Assembly (NCBI GenBank): GCA_963693365.1
Contig: CAVNZM010000006.1
Location: 1,302,001 to 1,366,000 of the forward strand
DNA length: 64,000 bases
Direction: 5' to 3'
Source of the DNA: Amoebidium appalachense
Lineage: Eukaryota > Protista > Ichthyosporea
Part shown: positions 24,584-39,969 of the stretch, piece after piece
How positions within the stretch are numbered: position 1 is the stretch's first letter
Layout of the letters: each line of letters starts with the position of its first letter
Notes under the pieces: model-generated
The model's input: the letters and a program-made list of their open reading frames with translations, nothing else
What the model was told of the DNA's origin: nothing
Database searches by the model: none
Made by a program: the position numbers and the translations under genes

Positions 24584-27330
24584 ATGAAGCTCACATTTTG
24601 GCCATGGGCTTCATTGTTGTGCACTTCCCTAGTTCATGCCAACACAATAAGCATACCAGTTCCTTCTCCTCCGCTTTTTTTACAATGGCCTTTCACACCA
24701 TTTGGTGTTGCTCCTGCTCCTAAACCAGCTGCCCCTTTTACAACCTCTAAAGTCAACGAGCCAAGTGTTGCATTGACAACAACAACCCTAACGAAAACAG
24801 TATCACCAACAACGAGCAGCACAACCGAATTACAACAGACAACCACAACAACAACCACAACAACCACCACAACCATCACTGCCACACAAACACGGTCTCC
24901 TTCATTTACGCCATTTGAGGTACTGCCTTCATCCACCAAAGCGTCCACTCCAACACAAACTGCACAACCTACAGTGAACGTTCAGACAGATGCCCTTACG
25001 AGTAACACAATAGTGCCGTGCCCAAACAGACCTGGGTACCGCGTGCTTGGGCGGAGGTGTGTGGATTTGGACGAGTGTACAACGGGGTTGCACGTTTGCG
25101 GCTTTGTTTCGTGTGAAAACACAGTGGGAAGCTACCAATGCCGATGTGACGCGGGTGCAACGTGGGATGGATTAGAGTGTGTTCCCACCCCACAACCTGT
25201 ACAGCAAGGTGAGTGTTGGGTGTTACTATTAGCACTTGTGTGGTTGTGCTCTCTATATGAACTAGTCGAGCCGAAAAACACCCCATTGGGTCAGCATAGT
25301 TGGCCTGAGTTACATACATCCCCCCCCCCCCCCCCCCCCAAAAAAAAAAAAAAAAAAAAAAAAAAGGAGGGGGGGGAAGGGGGGGGGGGGGGGAGGGGGG
25401 AGGAGGAGGAGGAGGAAAGAAGAGAAGAAGAAGTGGAAGAAGAGAAGAAGAAAGGGGAAACTACGTCGTCGACCACCCAACCTATCCTCCGTTCCTCGGA
25501 TGGTGCCATATTAGTCGCTCTCTCCTCACATTGCGGCATAGGTTAATGCCCTTTCTCAAACTCTCAAGCTGCCTGAGTGATACGCCTGATCTGGGACCGC
25601 ACACAACACACATAGTTTAACCCTTTAATCCGGCCCCCGCAGATATCACCGTATCCCCCAGTGCGGCTGCCTCTCCCATCTGCAATGTTGGATTTTCATT
25701 GGCTCCTACCGGCACCGGGTGTGTTGACATTGACGAGTGCATGCAGTTGCCATGTGCTCCTGCTGCCACGTGCACAAACACACGCGGAAGTTTCCAGTGT
25801 GTGTGCAATAGCGGGGACACGGAAAACGGCATCACATGCACACCGGTCACACTCACTACCTGTGCAAGGGGATTTAAGCGAAACGCAGCGGGGACGTGTG
25901 TGGATGTGAACGAATGTCAGGAGGGAACACACATATGCGGCACCCTGAGTTCATGCGTCAATTCACGGGGCTCCTTTCAGTGTGTTTCTACCAGTGACCC
26001 TCTGGGTTTTGCTGCCGAACCATCCTCTGTAAGTTCCACGGTTGCAGCAACCAGTATAGTAAGTCCGCCCATCACCCGTTTTCGTACCACCACAATAACA
26101 GCACCCGCTATGACAACAATAGTTCGGCGCCCGGCAACCACCACCACCACAGCACCAGCACAGACCACACCCATCACCGTTCTAGGGCGCGGAAGCGGGC
26201 TCATAGCTGGTGATGTGTTTTTGGATCACGACGGAAACCGGATTTTCGACGAAGGAGAGAGTCTTTCGAACGTGCTGGTGGTGCTTTTTGATGGCGAAGG
26301 AAACACAATCGCCCGTGCTGCTACAAGCACCAGTGGGAATTATGTTTTCGAGAGGCTGCCTGCCGGTCAGTATTTGGTGAAAGTGGAGTCGTATCCGGCA
26401 AATACACAACCGTCAACAGAGCAAGATGGGGTGTTGGATGGAAAGGCTGTGGTGCAGATCAAGGAGGGGGAGAGGGTGGTCGGAGTGGACTTTGGGTTTC
26501 AAGCCAACAAGTTGAAGGATGCAAAGGGTGAGTGATGGTTCTTTATGTGATGCATGCGAAAAAGTAGCGAGGTGGTGGTGGTAGTGGTGGTGGCGGCGGC
26601 GGTGTGGGGGCGGTGTGTGTGTGGGGGGGGGAGGGGGAGGGGGGAGGGAGGAGGGGGGGGGGAGGGGGAGGGGAAGAGGGGGAGGGGAAGAGTGAGGAGG
26701 GAGGGGGGGGCAAAGAGGGGGGTGTGGTATGGTCGGGATGGAGAAAAGAGTAGGTGGATGGTAGCGGTGGGTTGTGAACAGTGGTGGTTGTGGTGGTATA
26801 TGTAGTGGTGATGGTGGTGGTGGAGAAGGGGGGAGGGGGGTGGGGGCGGGGAGGAGGGAGCATGAGGTTGGCCAAAAAGGCCATGGGACTATGATGGTCA
26901 AGGAGGGGAAAAGGGGAGGGTTAGGTGTGGGAAGTGGGTGGAGTGCACGTGGATGGGGCCACGCGGAATTCTCTGGTATATAATTTTCGAATCTCTGCTG
27001 ATTGTTCTTTTTTGTGATGCCGCAGGCTTGATTGCCGGGAGCGTGTTTCTCGATCGGGACAACAACGGTATGAATGACGAGGGGGAAGGGTTGGCTCGGC
27101 TCATTGTAAGGTTGAAGGATCAAGCAGGCAATATTGCAAGTGTCGTACGCACAGACACGTCAGGAAACTATGTTTTTAGCGCGGTAAATCCCGGGAGTTA
27201 TGTTGTGAATGCTCCAATCACACACAGGGGGAGACCAATAAGGGTGAACGCAGAGAAAAACAAAAAAGTGGGAGTAGAAGTGACTGTAGCACCTGCACAA
27301 CATATTTTGGGACTGGATTTCGGATATTGA
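24584..27330 (+). CDS. Secreted protein: signal peptide, Thr-rich mucin-like tracts, 3 calcium-binding EGF domains, 2 SdrD-B/CnaB-like domains
   Basis: Exons 24584-25208, 25643-26527 and 27026-27330 join in frame through phase-1 GT-AG introns. Signal MKLTFWPWASLLCTSLVHA; cbEGF motifs CVDLDEC..CENTVGSYQCRC, CVDIDEC..CTNTRGSFQCVC and CVDVNEC..CVNSRGSFQC; two repeats of IAG(D/S)VFLDxDxN...TxTSGNYVF...PxGxYxV...DFG(F/Y). Confidence 0.88.
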
Positions 27331-29386
27331 ACTTATTACAAGGGGATCATGTGACATATTGATGTAAAGGTCGGGGGGAGGGGGAGAAGGGGGAAGCCGT
27401 GGGGAGGGGGGTTTGGGGGGATCGGGGAGAGGGGGGGGGGGGGGGGGCACATCATGTTAACATTATTTCCTCATTTTCCTTCAACTTTTATGTAATTTCA
27501 TTGTTCGGCTGGTGTATCCAGCTCCTAAATCGTGTGCACCCATTCATAATCCATGTTTTCATTGAGTCCTAAAACAAGTGTTTTATTTTTAAGTTATTTG
27601 CTGATAAATATCAAAGCTTGTACTAATATTTTGCCAGCATCCCTGGGTGTCCCAGGTCAATAATGGCACTGGCTGCCAACCTCGGAAACATAATTGAACC
27701 CCGGACTGTGTCTGTGACACGTCTGCAAACGGTAAGGCCTTTTGCAATTGTGCTGCCAACCTAGTGGGGAAAAAAAGCGGTTGTGGATCCTTCCCCCCCC
27801 CCCCCCCCCCCCCCATCCCTTCCACGTTACTCTCATCCCCAAACTCATTCCCCTCCAAGCCCCCCTCCCCCCCCCCCCTCTGCCCCCCCCCCCCCCCCCC
27901 CCCCCCCTCCCCCCCCCCCCCCCCCCCCCCCCCCCCCGCACGCCCTCCCCTCTCCAGCCCCTCCCCCCCCTCCCCCCCTTAAGCCCCCACACACCCCAAC
28001 CCTCTTTAACTCCATGCATGGACCCCACACCCACCTATCCATGCATATGTACCTACACACCCACGCACACACGTGTATACACGTATTTGGCACCTTACGA
28101 CGCAAGGGCACTACACTTCAATAGCTTCCCACTTTCCCAAATGACCGCACGCAGACTTGAACTACAACAGCACAAAATAATTGACACACAGGCCACCACT
28201 TTCCCAGCCACACACACACCATGGCCAGTAGGCAAGTGTAGGCAACGCAGGAGAGACTACTGTAACGGTGGCGCCGGGGCTAGCCTTGGCACAACAACAT
28301 AAGCATCGGGTGAAGTGGCTGCAACATTGCCAACCTTTAAGCTGCGCAAAATTCAGGGGAGCAGACAACGGGGTAGCAGGATCCTCCGGGGGGGTTGGGG
28401 CCTCCGTGGGGGGGGGGGGGGGGGGGGGGGCTGTAGAGCGAAACATCTGCAGGGCACGGTTACGTATACCCACAATATGGACGTCATGTGGAGTGGGAGC
28501 TGACGAACTTATAGCTGGATATCTTCTAAGAATGAGTGCGATCAATATTTACTTCCTACTGAGCGTGTGCGTACGCGTCCTGGATAAGCATCACACGTAC
28601 ATGTACGGTGCTGTTTCGTCTGTTGCATCAGGAAATAGTCAGCAAACCGCCCGTCTGATACAAGTGTTGGGAGCTTTTTTTTTATCTCGATTTATTATCC
28701 CGCCCAAAATGCCATCCGGACCATCCAGGATCGAGTTAGTACTAACTATCTGAATTTCGATGGACAGTGAGCTATCTCAAGTCCCAAACTATCCGTAGGG
28801 ACCACTGCATCATATAATCATGCAGATGGATTGCTATCTATCTATTCTCGGCTACACAAACAAGTTGGTCACAAACACACAATGTGCGGTTGTATATTCC
28901 ATTATCATAGAATTATAGCGGGGGTTTACGGCCTTATTAGCCACGCTTAGGGATCATGAAGAAACACCGCCTTGCAGGCGTTCACTTTTTCTAACTGTCT
29001 TAAGATTATTTATCTAAATTCGGTGTCTATACATATCCCATTCTGCCGTATATTTTCCTCATGAGTTCTTAATCTTTACACCAACCCCATATCCACACAT
29101 AATAGCATACTCCAATAACGTACTATTACCAACTACCAGAAATACCAGGAAAAAAAGACCTAACCCAACCACAATGCAAGTATGTACCCATACACGCCCC
29201 AATGCCCATTTACTTTCCACTGAGGCTCAAACTCGGTCAAATCACGCTCCCACAACACAGTCGCCTCTTTTCGCTGTCTCTTTGCTTGTTGTGGTCCACC
29301 AACCCCATCGCCCTTCCGTTTTGTCCTGTTCGCAGCATCCTTGGCTTGTTGGAGTAGCCGCTGTAAAAACTCCTGGGGGTCCTCCT

Positions 29387-30060
29387 TTATGTATGAAGCT
29401 GTGTATGCGTAAAATTGTTGTGGCGCTGGTGCGTTTTGGAGTGCTGACGGTGCGAGGGGGGCGGGTTTGTTAACACGTGCGGGTGCGGGAATTTTGCTTC
29501 TTCTTTCACTAGCGCGGGTGTCGGGTGTTGGGTAGAGGTGTTGTTCATTGCTGATTGAATCTGGGTCAGGCTAACCATATCGTTTTCACGTGATTGCTGT
29601 GAATCGGTCTGTGATGAAGAGTCCGAACTTGCGGAAGAAGGGTTGGCGATGGTTGGTTGGGGTTGGGACGGGGTGGTGGCGGGTGGAAGGGCCAAAGGCG
29701 CGGGAGCTGGTACCGGTAGGGCGTGGGGCAGTGGGATATTGCCGTTGTTTGTGCTCTCTCCTTCCTCGTTTTCTTCACCCTCGTTATCTTCTCCATCCTC
29801 GCTCCCTTCTTCCCACTCACTATCTTCATCCTCGTTCTCTTCACTGCCACTGCTTCTCTCCCCGCTTGTGTCTCTAGTCGTCTCCTGTCCCTTGTTCCCC
29901 ACCAGGTCTTGTGGGAGGCAAAGTCCCGGTGCCGGAGGGGTGGAGGGGGGTTGGTCTTCCTGTTGAGTGCTGGCCCCCAGCCCAGACAAGTCGATGCGTT
30001 GTTCAAGCGCACTGAAGTCCTCGGGCTCTTCCGCTGTACAAATAGGGGGGAGGTGGGTCG

Positions 30061-30116
<56 letters not shown>

Positions 30117-30214
30117 TTAGAGGGGGGGGGGGGGTGAGGGAGAGGGTTGGTTGGATAAGCAAGGGAAAACAGGAAAGCAAATACGCTAATCAGATGCCTG
30201 GGGGATGGGAGGGG

Positions 30215-30246
<32 letters not shown>

Positions 30247-30450
30247 ATATATATGGCAAATTCAAACCCGTTTTTTGAGGGCATACATGGTTTGAAACGT
30301 TTTAGCCTGCACAGCAAAGCTGTTAATTGAGTTCGGGTAAGTCCACACATGGATGGGCCAGGACCGAGAGGGTTATAAGGGTAAGTGGTGGCAGTGTTGT
30401 GTCTGTGTGTGCGTCTTCGGAAGAGAGGCCGGCAAGCGGGGGTGGCGTGT

Positions 30451-30510
<60 letters not shown>

Positions 30511-31246
30511 GGAGGGGGGGGGAAAGGAGCCTCACTACTATCAACTCACAAAAATGCTGAATCTTCCAACCGTCTTCTACCCCCCTAAGCAACCGTCCCG
30601 ACCACATACACACAAAACACCCACTTCCCACCCTACCCCTTCCCCTCTGCTCTCAAAACAACACACAAACACATGACCCCATCCACCACACATCCCTTTG
30701 AGACACACAATCAGGGGAGGGATACCCACCCAGAGCAGTGGCCAGGGCCCTGTAAGCAGGCACGAGGATTTGAGCCAACTCTGCGACGATAGGAACCATG
30801 TCTGTCCTAGTGGCTGCAGGCACACCGGAGGACTTCGACCTGACCAGGGTGTGCAGGGTGCCCCGTAGGTGTTCCAGCACACTGCTGAGCAGTCGGCTTT
30901 CGGTCGGTCGGCACCATCTGCTGAAGCAATAAGAGCTCCTTCTGTGTGCGTGCAGAAGCGGTTAGCATGCTGTTTGCTTTGCTTTTATACGTCCCCTCCT
31001 CTCCCGTAGCACACAATCAAAAAAAAAACAAAGGCCTGCCCACATACAAGCTCAAGTACAATATTCACCATGGATATGCACACAGGGTAGCCCACCTTCC
31101 CCCTTCTCCCTCGGCGCCCCAACCAACCCCCCCCGGCCACCGATGGGTTGAACAAAACAGAAATCACAGACATGCATATCTCACACCACATCCATACATG
31201 GTTCTACAGACGATCAGCAATTACACACTGAGAAAAAACAAAGCTC

Positions 31247-31277
<31 letters not shown>

Positions 31278-32153
31278 TACACACACGCACAATCACACAC
31301 CCAACGACCCCCCCCCCCCCCCCCCCCCCCCCCCCGCCGCCCCTTTCATACACACACATGTACACCCACCCACCCAACTACACACACAGAGAGACATGCA
31401 CATCCACACACCTGGAGGCCGTTAGTTGCATCGGCACACATGTAGCCATTGTGCCTGTCCATGTGGTTGGCCATCACCATCTTGCGTCTCTCGTGGCTGC
31501 CTGTGCCGCACTCACGGTAGGCTACATCATAGCCCGGCACCATGCCCTCCTTGACCTAGTGTGCAGGTACAGGTCAATATATCATAATATGTTCTATCAT
31601 GTATGCACGTGTTAGCAGTTACCCTGTCAATACTTCTAACTTTTCACCGAGAAACGTCTCTGTCCTTGATGAGGCGCAAAGAAGTGATATTGCTTGAATA
31701 GGATTCCATTTATAGCTGCAAGATGGACCAACAAGCAGAGCCCCATGATGGGCCTATGCAATGGTACAGGCTTAGGGTAGCCCATGAATTCCGGTGCCAT
31801 TGCACTGTAATGAGACCCATGTGCACATTGTTGCATGCAGATTGCATGTGAAGATACTCAACGTCACCCAAAACACCCGCCACTACAGCCTCGCCACCTG
31901 CACATGCTCCATGCTGCTTCATCCCCCCCCCCCCCCCCCCCCCCCCCCTTCCCCTCCCCTCCCCCCCAAAACCACCCACCCACCCACCCACCCACCCATT
32001 CACACACACACACACACACACACCTTCTCTGTGATAATGCGGCTGATGTCCTTCTGGTGCTGCTGCAGTTGCTGGCACAGGCCATCCACCTTGCCCTGCA
32101 CTAGCCACAGCACGTGCTGCTTGGCAACACCCCCTGCATCCTCCCGTCAAAAC

Positions 32154-32243
<90 letters not shown>

Positions 32244-32725
32244 CGTAAGAAGCATAAACGGCCTGTAGACACGTGCTGTTTCCTTACGCCCCAAACAATT
32301 GATGAGTGTGCATATGATGAGAGTGCATATGCAACAGGCTTGCCATGGCGTTGAGGGGAGAGAGTGGATGGATTTTGGGTAAAGCAGTGGATTTGGTTGG
32401 GGCTTTACATGCGTGTATGTGCACATTCCTTTTCCATTTTCCCTTCTTCTTTCTTTCGTTTTCCTTCTTTTATTCGGTTTTCTTTTTTGTGTGCACGTGT
32501 GAATTTGTGAGGGGAGGGGAGCGGAGGGAGGGAGTGGGAGATGGGATTTTGGGGAATGTGGACATACCGATGTTGTGAACGTTGTCTGAGGGAATGCCGA
32601 TGGCGGCATATGCTGTGGCCAGGGAGGTGAGCATGGCCTGCAGGTGGGTGGAATAGTCCCCTAGGAGCGTCCGGAGCTGCTTGGGCAGGTCGGCTGAGAA
32701 GAACCGCTGCCACTCAGTCGCAAGG

Positions 32726-32776
<51 letters not shown>

Positions 32777-33441
32777 TGTGAGAGTGAGTGCGTGAGTGTG
32801 TTTTGGTTAGTGTTAAGGCATTGAGATTAAGGCAGAAAAGCGTGGTCGGGGGCGGGAAGGAGAGAGAGGGGGGAGGGGGGGAGAGAAAGAGAGAGAGAGA
32901 GAGCAAGAGAAAGAGAAGGGAGGGGGGGGGGGGGGGGGGGGGGGGCAGCGGGATGAAAAAGATGGGAGAAGAAAAGTAGGAGGAACGGAGGGGGGGAGAG
33001 AGGGGAGAGAAGGGGGACACCATTAGTCCTGAGTAGCAGATCCACATATTTCACTTTCATGTAAATCTTACTCCCCCCCCCCCCCCCCCCCCCCATCCCC
33101 TGACACACATACACATACACACACATACACACATACACACACACACACACACACCTGCGGTAGACGGGCTCAGCCAGCTGCTCGTTCCACTCGTAGTGCC
33201 TGAACACACCGTTCCTGCGTGTTGTGGCCCTGTAGGTGCACCAGTGCATGCCCTTGCTCACACCGCCGTAGCTGCGGTTGCTGTAGGTGGCCCCCCACCC
33301 AGACACCGTGCGTGGCCCCTCGTCACAGGCATCGGCCTCTCCCTGCAAATGAAATTGTTGCTCCTGTTGGTACCGGGCATTCATCCCTCCCACTTACTAA
33401 TAATACTGGTCCCCCCCAATCGACCTCCCCCCCCCCCCTCT

Positions 33442-33487
<46 letters not shown>

Positions 33488-33876
33488 AAAAAACCAAACA
33501 AAACCAAACCAAACATCCAAGCAGATAGAGAAACCAATTGCTAAGAAGTATCATCTTGCTTCCCCTAGGTATACCCTCCCCCCCCCCCCCCCCCCCCCCC
33601 TCCCCTCCCCTCCCCACCTCCCAACCCTCCCTAATGCTACATATCGTCTTGCTTGCCCTTTCTTTCCCCTCACTCAATGCCCACCTGAGCCATTTTGTTG
33701 ACTATTCCGTCGTTGATGGCTGATGCCACGGTGGCCTCGAGGTCATCGTGGCATTTCTTGATGTTGGCCTCAAACTTGGCTAGCTCCTTCTCAAGCAGCT
33801 CTGATTGGTGTGTGTGTGTGTTGGGGGGGGGGGGGAGGGGGGGAGGGGGTTGGTCAGGGTGCGTGTGTGTGTGCGT

Positions 33877-33933
<57 letters not shown>

Positions 33934-34247
33934 GGCAAGAGGAGGGAAAGCAAAACAGCACAGTCAGCTAGATGTGTAGGCAGCCTACACATGATGAAGT
34001 TGCAGAAGAGTGAGGCCTGGGCACGTGGTTAGCAGGTCACAGCAACCTCCAAACCCGTAAGCCCAACCAACCTCATAATTGTCTGTTTGCATCTCCCCGT
34101 CCCAGACCCCCCCCCCCCCCCCCCCTTTCCCTCCCAACCCCACCCTTTCCTACTACTTTGCCTTCATAGGAGTCCGGACTAAGAAACACGACTCAAGGGT
34201 TTCAAGGCCTGTCAAGATCAGACAGGAGAGGGGGAAGGGTGGAGGGC

Positions 34248-34278
<31 letters not shown>

Positions 34279-34723
34279 TGGGTGGTGAAATTAGAGCAAA
34301 ACAATGAAGGTGGGTATAGAGAGGGGAAGGAGGGGGACGGGTGGGGGGTGGGTGCGGGGGGGGGGGGGGGGGGGGAAGACGGGGAGTACGCATAAACGCC
34401 TGCCTCTGATGTCATGTATGGTGCCCGCGTGCACGCTGTGCAGGCGGAAGGGGGAAGCAGGGTGGGAGGAGTGGGGGGGAGAGGAGGAGGAAGAAAAAAA
34501 GGAAATAACAAGGAGAAGTATGGCACATACGGTCAGCCAGTGCTGTGTTGCATGGGGCAGATGAAGGGGAGGCCAGCAGGGCATGGATGGACCTCAGGCG
34601 CTGCAGCTGGTCGGCAAGACACTTCAGCACGTGAGAGGTCTGTCGCTGACGGGCGGTAGAAACCACCCAGTCTTGAAGTTGCGGTATCTCAGTGCCGTTG
34701 GTGTCCTGGAACACAAGGGGCGG

Positions 34724-34794
<71 letters not shown>

Positions 34795-35078
34795 TGTTAG
34801 TTACAGCACGAGATCAGAGCAAATGTTTCACATCAGGCGTTTAATGCTGTAGGAAAAAGAGATGTACATGCACCTAGCCCCCCGGCCAGTTGTATCAGGT
34901 ATTTCCACATCCGATGCATGCTCACATATCGGTAACATCGATGTTTGGGTTCTCGGCTTGATTCCTCGATTCGTTCCGCTGATCCCCCCCCCCCCCCCCC
35001 CCCGGGGGCTGTCAACCCAACCCCTCCTGGCCTGACAGACACCCAATCCTACAGGTACACACAAACACACACACACAC

Positions 35079-35117
<39 letters not shown>

Positions 35118-35857
35118 AACACAAAGGCCCTCCACTCACCCGTCCAGTGTGCGCAGACCCCACAACTTCTGATAGTCCACAGCAGACACCGTAAACACAG
35201 GCAGTTGGAACGTGGCTTCAAGCCCAGCACGTGACTTCCTTGCCTCACCCGCACTCAGTCCCATCTCATTGATTCCCTCGTAGAAGTCATCCAGAATTCT
35301 TTTCTTTGTGTATTAGTTTCTTGCAAGTGCGCACTGCTCCTTTGTTGCCGTGTCGGCATGTTGAGGTTGTCAACTATCTCGCTGCGCACCAGCACGTCTG
35401 TCGGGGAGGCAATGAACACTAGTCTGGCATAGTGCCCGTCCATCAGCAGCTGCCGACGGAATGACTCTCCAAGCATGTCCTTGGCCGTCTGCAGACACAG
35501 TCGTGCGGTCAGCATTTTAATGTATCAGCGATACCTGGTCTACACATATACTGGCCCCAAATGGGTACATTTATATGCATTCATACATGCAAACATACAA
35601 ACACACACACACACACACATCACTTATACCTCCCCTCTCCGGCCGATATAGAATGTGCTGTTCACCAGGTAATCACAAAGGGGGTCTGTGAAGCAGGAAT
35701 TAGACCAACTAAGCACCGATCCTTGTTCCATCACTTGTTGCCGCACTACGCCACATTGCACACCTACACACAGATACACCCATATACCTCCCCCCCTCCC
35801 CCCCCGCCTTTCTGCGCCCCCCAAACACACACCCAACCCCATACCAACGTACAGCCC

Positions 35858-35890
<33 letters not shown>

Positions 35891-36379
35891 CCCCGCCCCT
35901 CCCCCTCTTCCTCCCTCGTCCAACGTTTTCTAAACACCCCCCCGTCAGCACACAAACGAGAGACATCCACCTACGCCAAACCCACCTTGCCAATGACAGC
36001 ACGGCGCACATTTGAGACTATCCAGATGGAGTCCGCCTGCTTGAAGTAGTCCTTGACCACCTTGTCACGTGCCGAGTTGTCGTCTCTCACCCCTGGGGCA
36101 TCCACAAGCACCGCACCGCCCTTCAGGATATCAAACGCCTCCTCGATGCCCACCTTCTTGACTACCGGCCAGAACGCAATGGCGTCAGAGTCGTTGGGTG
36201 AGTCCACATACTTTTCAACCTGCAGAGACGGGCAGGCGGAGGGGGGGGGGGGGGGGGGGTTTGTTAGACAAATCACAAGCAGAAATGTTATGCACCGTCT
36301 CCCTTTCCACCTCCTGCTATCTCCTGTGCATCCTCTCTGCCGCAGTCGTCCCACTTCTCACATGTGGCCATTTCAGGCT

Positions 36380-36444
<65 letters not shown>

Positions 36445-37308
36445 TCCCCCCCCCCCCCCCCCCCCTCTCTCCCCCCCCCCCCTTCCCCTATCACCAGCAC
36501 CCTGACGAGAGCCGTTTCCTAGAAAAGTCCGATGTTAATGCAGGATGCACCCAGTTTCCAGGAATAGCAACCCCCCCCCCCCCCCCAAACCCCCCCCCCC
36601 CCCCCCCCCCTTTCGCCCCGGCCCCTTAATTGTGTTACAGTGGTCCAGGCGATGTAGTCCCACCTGCTTGCGGAAAACGATAGCCTCGTCATTGTACACG
36701 TGGGTGGTTGTGCCCAGGGCCATGGTCACTGGGTTGCGCACCATCCGCAGATACCTGCATGGGGCAGGGTTGGTCAGGTCACACTCGGGCACCTCCAATA
36801 TAGGCATCGTGATTGGATTCATGCTTGACACATTAGGCAGGCTATGCCACTTCTTTTCTTATGTTTTTGTTTTTATTTACGTTTCGGCAGGCTATGCCAC
36901 TCCTTTTCTTGTGTTTTTGTTTTTATTTACGTTACCTCTTTTGCCCGAACCATGCCTTAAATCAATAGATTTGGGCGCATTTAACCGGTCCTGGTAGGTA
37001 GAATAGTTAGAGAATTTCAGAATGGAGGGAAAGGGGGGTAGGTCGATGGAGGGAAGAAGATAAGGGGTGGGTGGGTGGGTGGGTGGGGTGGGTGGGGGGT
37101 GTGGTAGAGGTGGTGATAGGGATTGGGGCAGGTGGTACGGTGGTGGTGGTGGTGGTGGTCGTGGTGGTGGTGGTGTATGTGCGTGGGGCAGGGGGGGGGG
37201 GAGGGAGGAGGGGCGGAGGGGGGAGGGGGTGGAGAAGGGATGAGATGATAGTATATACTCGACCAAGCATTGCTATGCTCATGCACGGGCCCACACGTGC
37301 CTCCACAT

Positions 37309-37348
<40 letters not shown>

Positions 37349-38004
37349 CTGCAAAAACAAGGGCGGAGCTGTGCATGCACACATGTGCGCAGATACAGAT
37401 CCACATGCACACGAGCGTACACATACACAAACACACGCAAGAGACGGCCATATACACAAAGCCAGGTACCATGCAGCCATACCTTATGGCTATGTCTCTG
37501 CTCTCCCAGTATGCACGTTCGGCCCCAAGATCTTCAAATCGGCCAAACACCGCTCTCATCTGGCATGGGCTAAAATCAGCATTGCAGTATAGCCCTTTAC
37601 CCCCAGCACGGCAGTGGGGCCCAAAACAATAAGTGCCTGAAGCATATCGGATCGATGATCGTGCAATAGGAGAAAACAGGAAGTAGCTGCAAAGAGGCAA
37701 AGGGAAGGGTACTGTGAGCGGTGTTTTTATACATTGGAGATTGGGGCCCGGGGAGTGTAGGCATGTGTATGAAAGTGCATGCTGACACTGATGTGTTCGT
37801 GTGCATGCTCTTTGCATGGACTGTGTTAGTGCGAGAACGCGGGTTGTCGAGTGGTGAACGGCCTTGAGAAGACACACATTGCAGAGCATGTACAGGCATG
37901 CAATTGCAAACTCGCGGACAGTAGACAACACCAGCGGAGCACATTTCAACTTACCAATGGCAAAAAAACAAAAGAAAAAAAGGAAAAAGGAGGGAGGGGA
38001 GAGC

Positions 38005-38065
<61 letters not shown>

Positions 38066-38928
38066 GTGTGCGTGTGTTGGGGGGGGGGTGGGGGGTTGAT
38101 TTGAGCTTATACCTTTATGAATTCCACACCAGCAGCACTGTCCCTGTCCATGGGGCACCTCTTGCTGATCCTGCCGTCCTGCATGGCCATGTCGCTGAGC
38201 ATCAGATCAACCTCGGCAAAGAACTCCTCCCGACTCACAAACTCAACAGCTGCCTGGTAGCGCTGCCCTTGGATAACAGATGCACGATGCCGGATCTGAT
38301 AGTGTGTGGGGAGATGAGGGGTCAGTTCAAGCGAGTTTTATTCAAGCAATTGCATGGCAGTTTTTTAATATGACTGTGCTGGTGTCACGACTGTGCCCGA
38401 CGTTGTGCTGCATATTCTGGGTGACTGTACAGATCTTTGCTAAACTCGTGTGGAAAGGTGCTACTTCTATGCCCAACAACGATAGTGAACCTCCTCTCTT
38501 AATCATATCCAGACAGGGGGGGGGGGGGGGGATGCGGGGGGAGGAGGAGGAAGGTGGAGGGGGGGAAGGGGGGGGGAGGGGGGGGGGGGGGGAGGCTAAG
38601 GGTAAGGAAAGGAATCCTTGTATCTTGCAACCCCCCCCTCCCCCCCCCCTCTCTCCCCCCCCCCCCCCCCCCCCCCGCACACAAAGACGCACACAGGCAC
38701 ACCCACCCACCCACCCACACACCCATCCATTCCCCCCCCCCCCCCCCCCCCCCCCCCAGACACACACACACACCTCCATGATGGTGGCCGTGCATGCCCT
38801 CATGCCGTTGGTGGGCAGCAGGCTGGTCTCATTCAGTGCCATATTCAGCAGCGTGGACTTGCCCGCACCAGTGTCCCCCACAACCACTGTGAATACAACC
38901 TTCAGCCACAAACTCGCCCCTCCCCCCT

Positions 38929-38960
<32 letters not shown>

Positions 38961-39933
38961 CCCCCTCCCCCCGGGCTCCCTCTCCGTCCCCCTTCCCCCC
39001 CCATCCCTCCCCGTCCAACCACAACCAAATAAAAACTCTCGCACAACACACACACACACACTTCATCACTACAACCACCCCCACACCCTCTTGTTATAGT
39101 TGATGCGCATCCTCTCTGCTACTGCACATGCATACGTTAGTGCACCAGACACGAGCTCTGCAAATACCAATCACTAGGCCACGTACCGATGAGGGTTTCC
39201 AGAGGGGCAAATGTCTTGGCCATGTACTGGCGTAGCTCTTTTAGCCAGGACTGTGGATAAGGAAGTGTAAGAAAAAAAAAAACACAATGGCAGGATTGCA
39301 AGGGCAAGATGAGCCCTGCTTTCCACTATCCCCACTCTACAAGTGTGTAAACCATCACATTTACACGACAGCACACAGACATGCCTGGTACACATAACTA
39401 AATCCAACTGAAAAACAAGACAAGCGGAATGCCACCGTTGGGCTAAAAAAAAAAGGTAAACGGACAAAGGCATGTTCCACATATAGTACTTGTGAGCAGC
39501 ACCACCACATGCTCCCTGTTCCAGCACTGACAAACCTACACGTTATTTTTTCTTTACATGTTATCTTTTCGCATGGTTTCTGTTTAACAGTTCGACTAGG
39601 CAATGCACAATGTGATGCAGGTTCCGCGCGGGGGGGGGGGGGGGGGGGGGGAGGGTTTTTTTTTGGGGGGGGGGGGGGGGGGGGGGGATGATCTCTACCT
39701 CCTCTTTGCCTGCTGCGAGTCGTGTGGCCACTGCAGGGCTAGTGCCCTGTTTATCTCGTCTGGCAGGGCCCCGGCATCGTGTTTCAGCTGCCGGATGATC
39801 TTTTCGGCCGTCACCTCCTCCTCACCTAGCTCCATGCCTTGGACCTCTGCATGGTGTTCTAATTGCCTCACACCCTCAGCTGCACACACACACAGTGAGA
39901 GGTGTACAAGAAGAAACGGAAGAGTCAACTTCC

Positions 39934-39969
<36 letters not shown>

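Noticed and set aside
35313-35315. In-frame TAA as stop-codon reassignment
   Set aside because: The same gene has frameshifts, and the ArfGAP gene appears to terminate at TAA.
36836-36933. Small intronic duplications (about 51 bp here; also 15175-15225, 11773-11960, 39993-40085)
   Set aside because: They are real but look like ordinary slippage products with no TIR, TSD or evident function.
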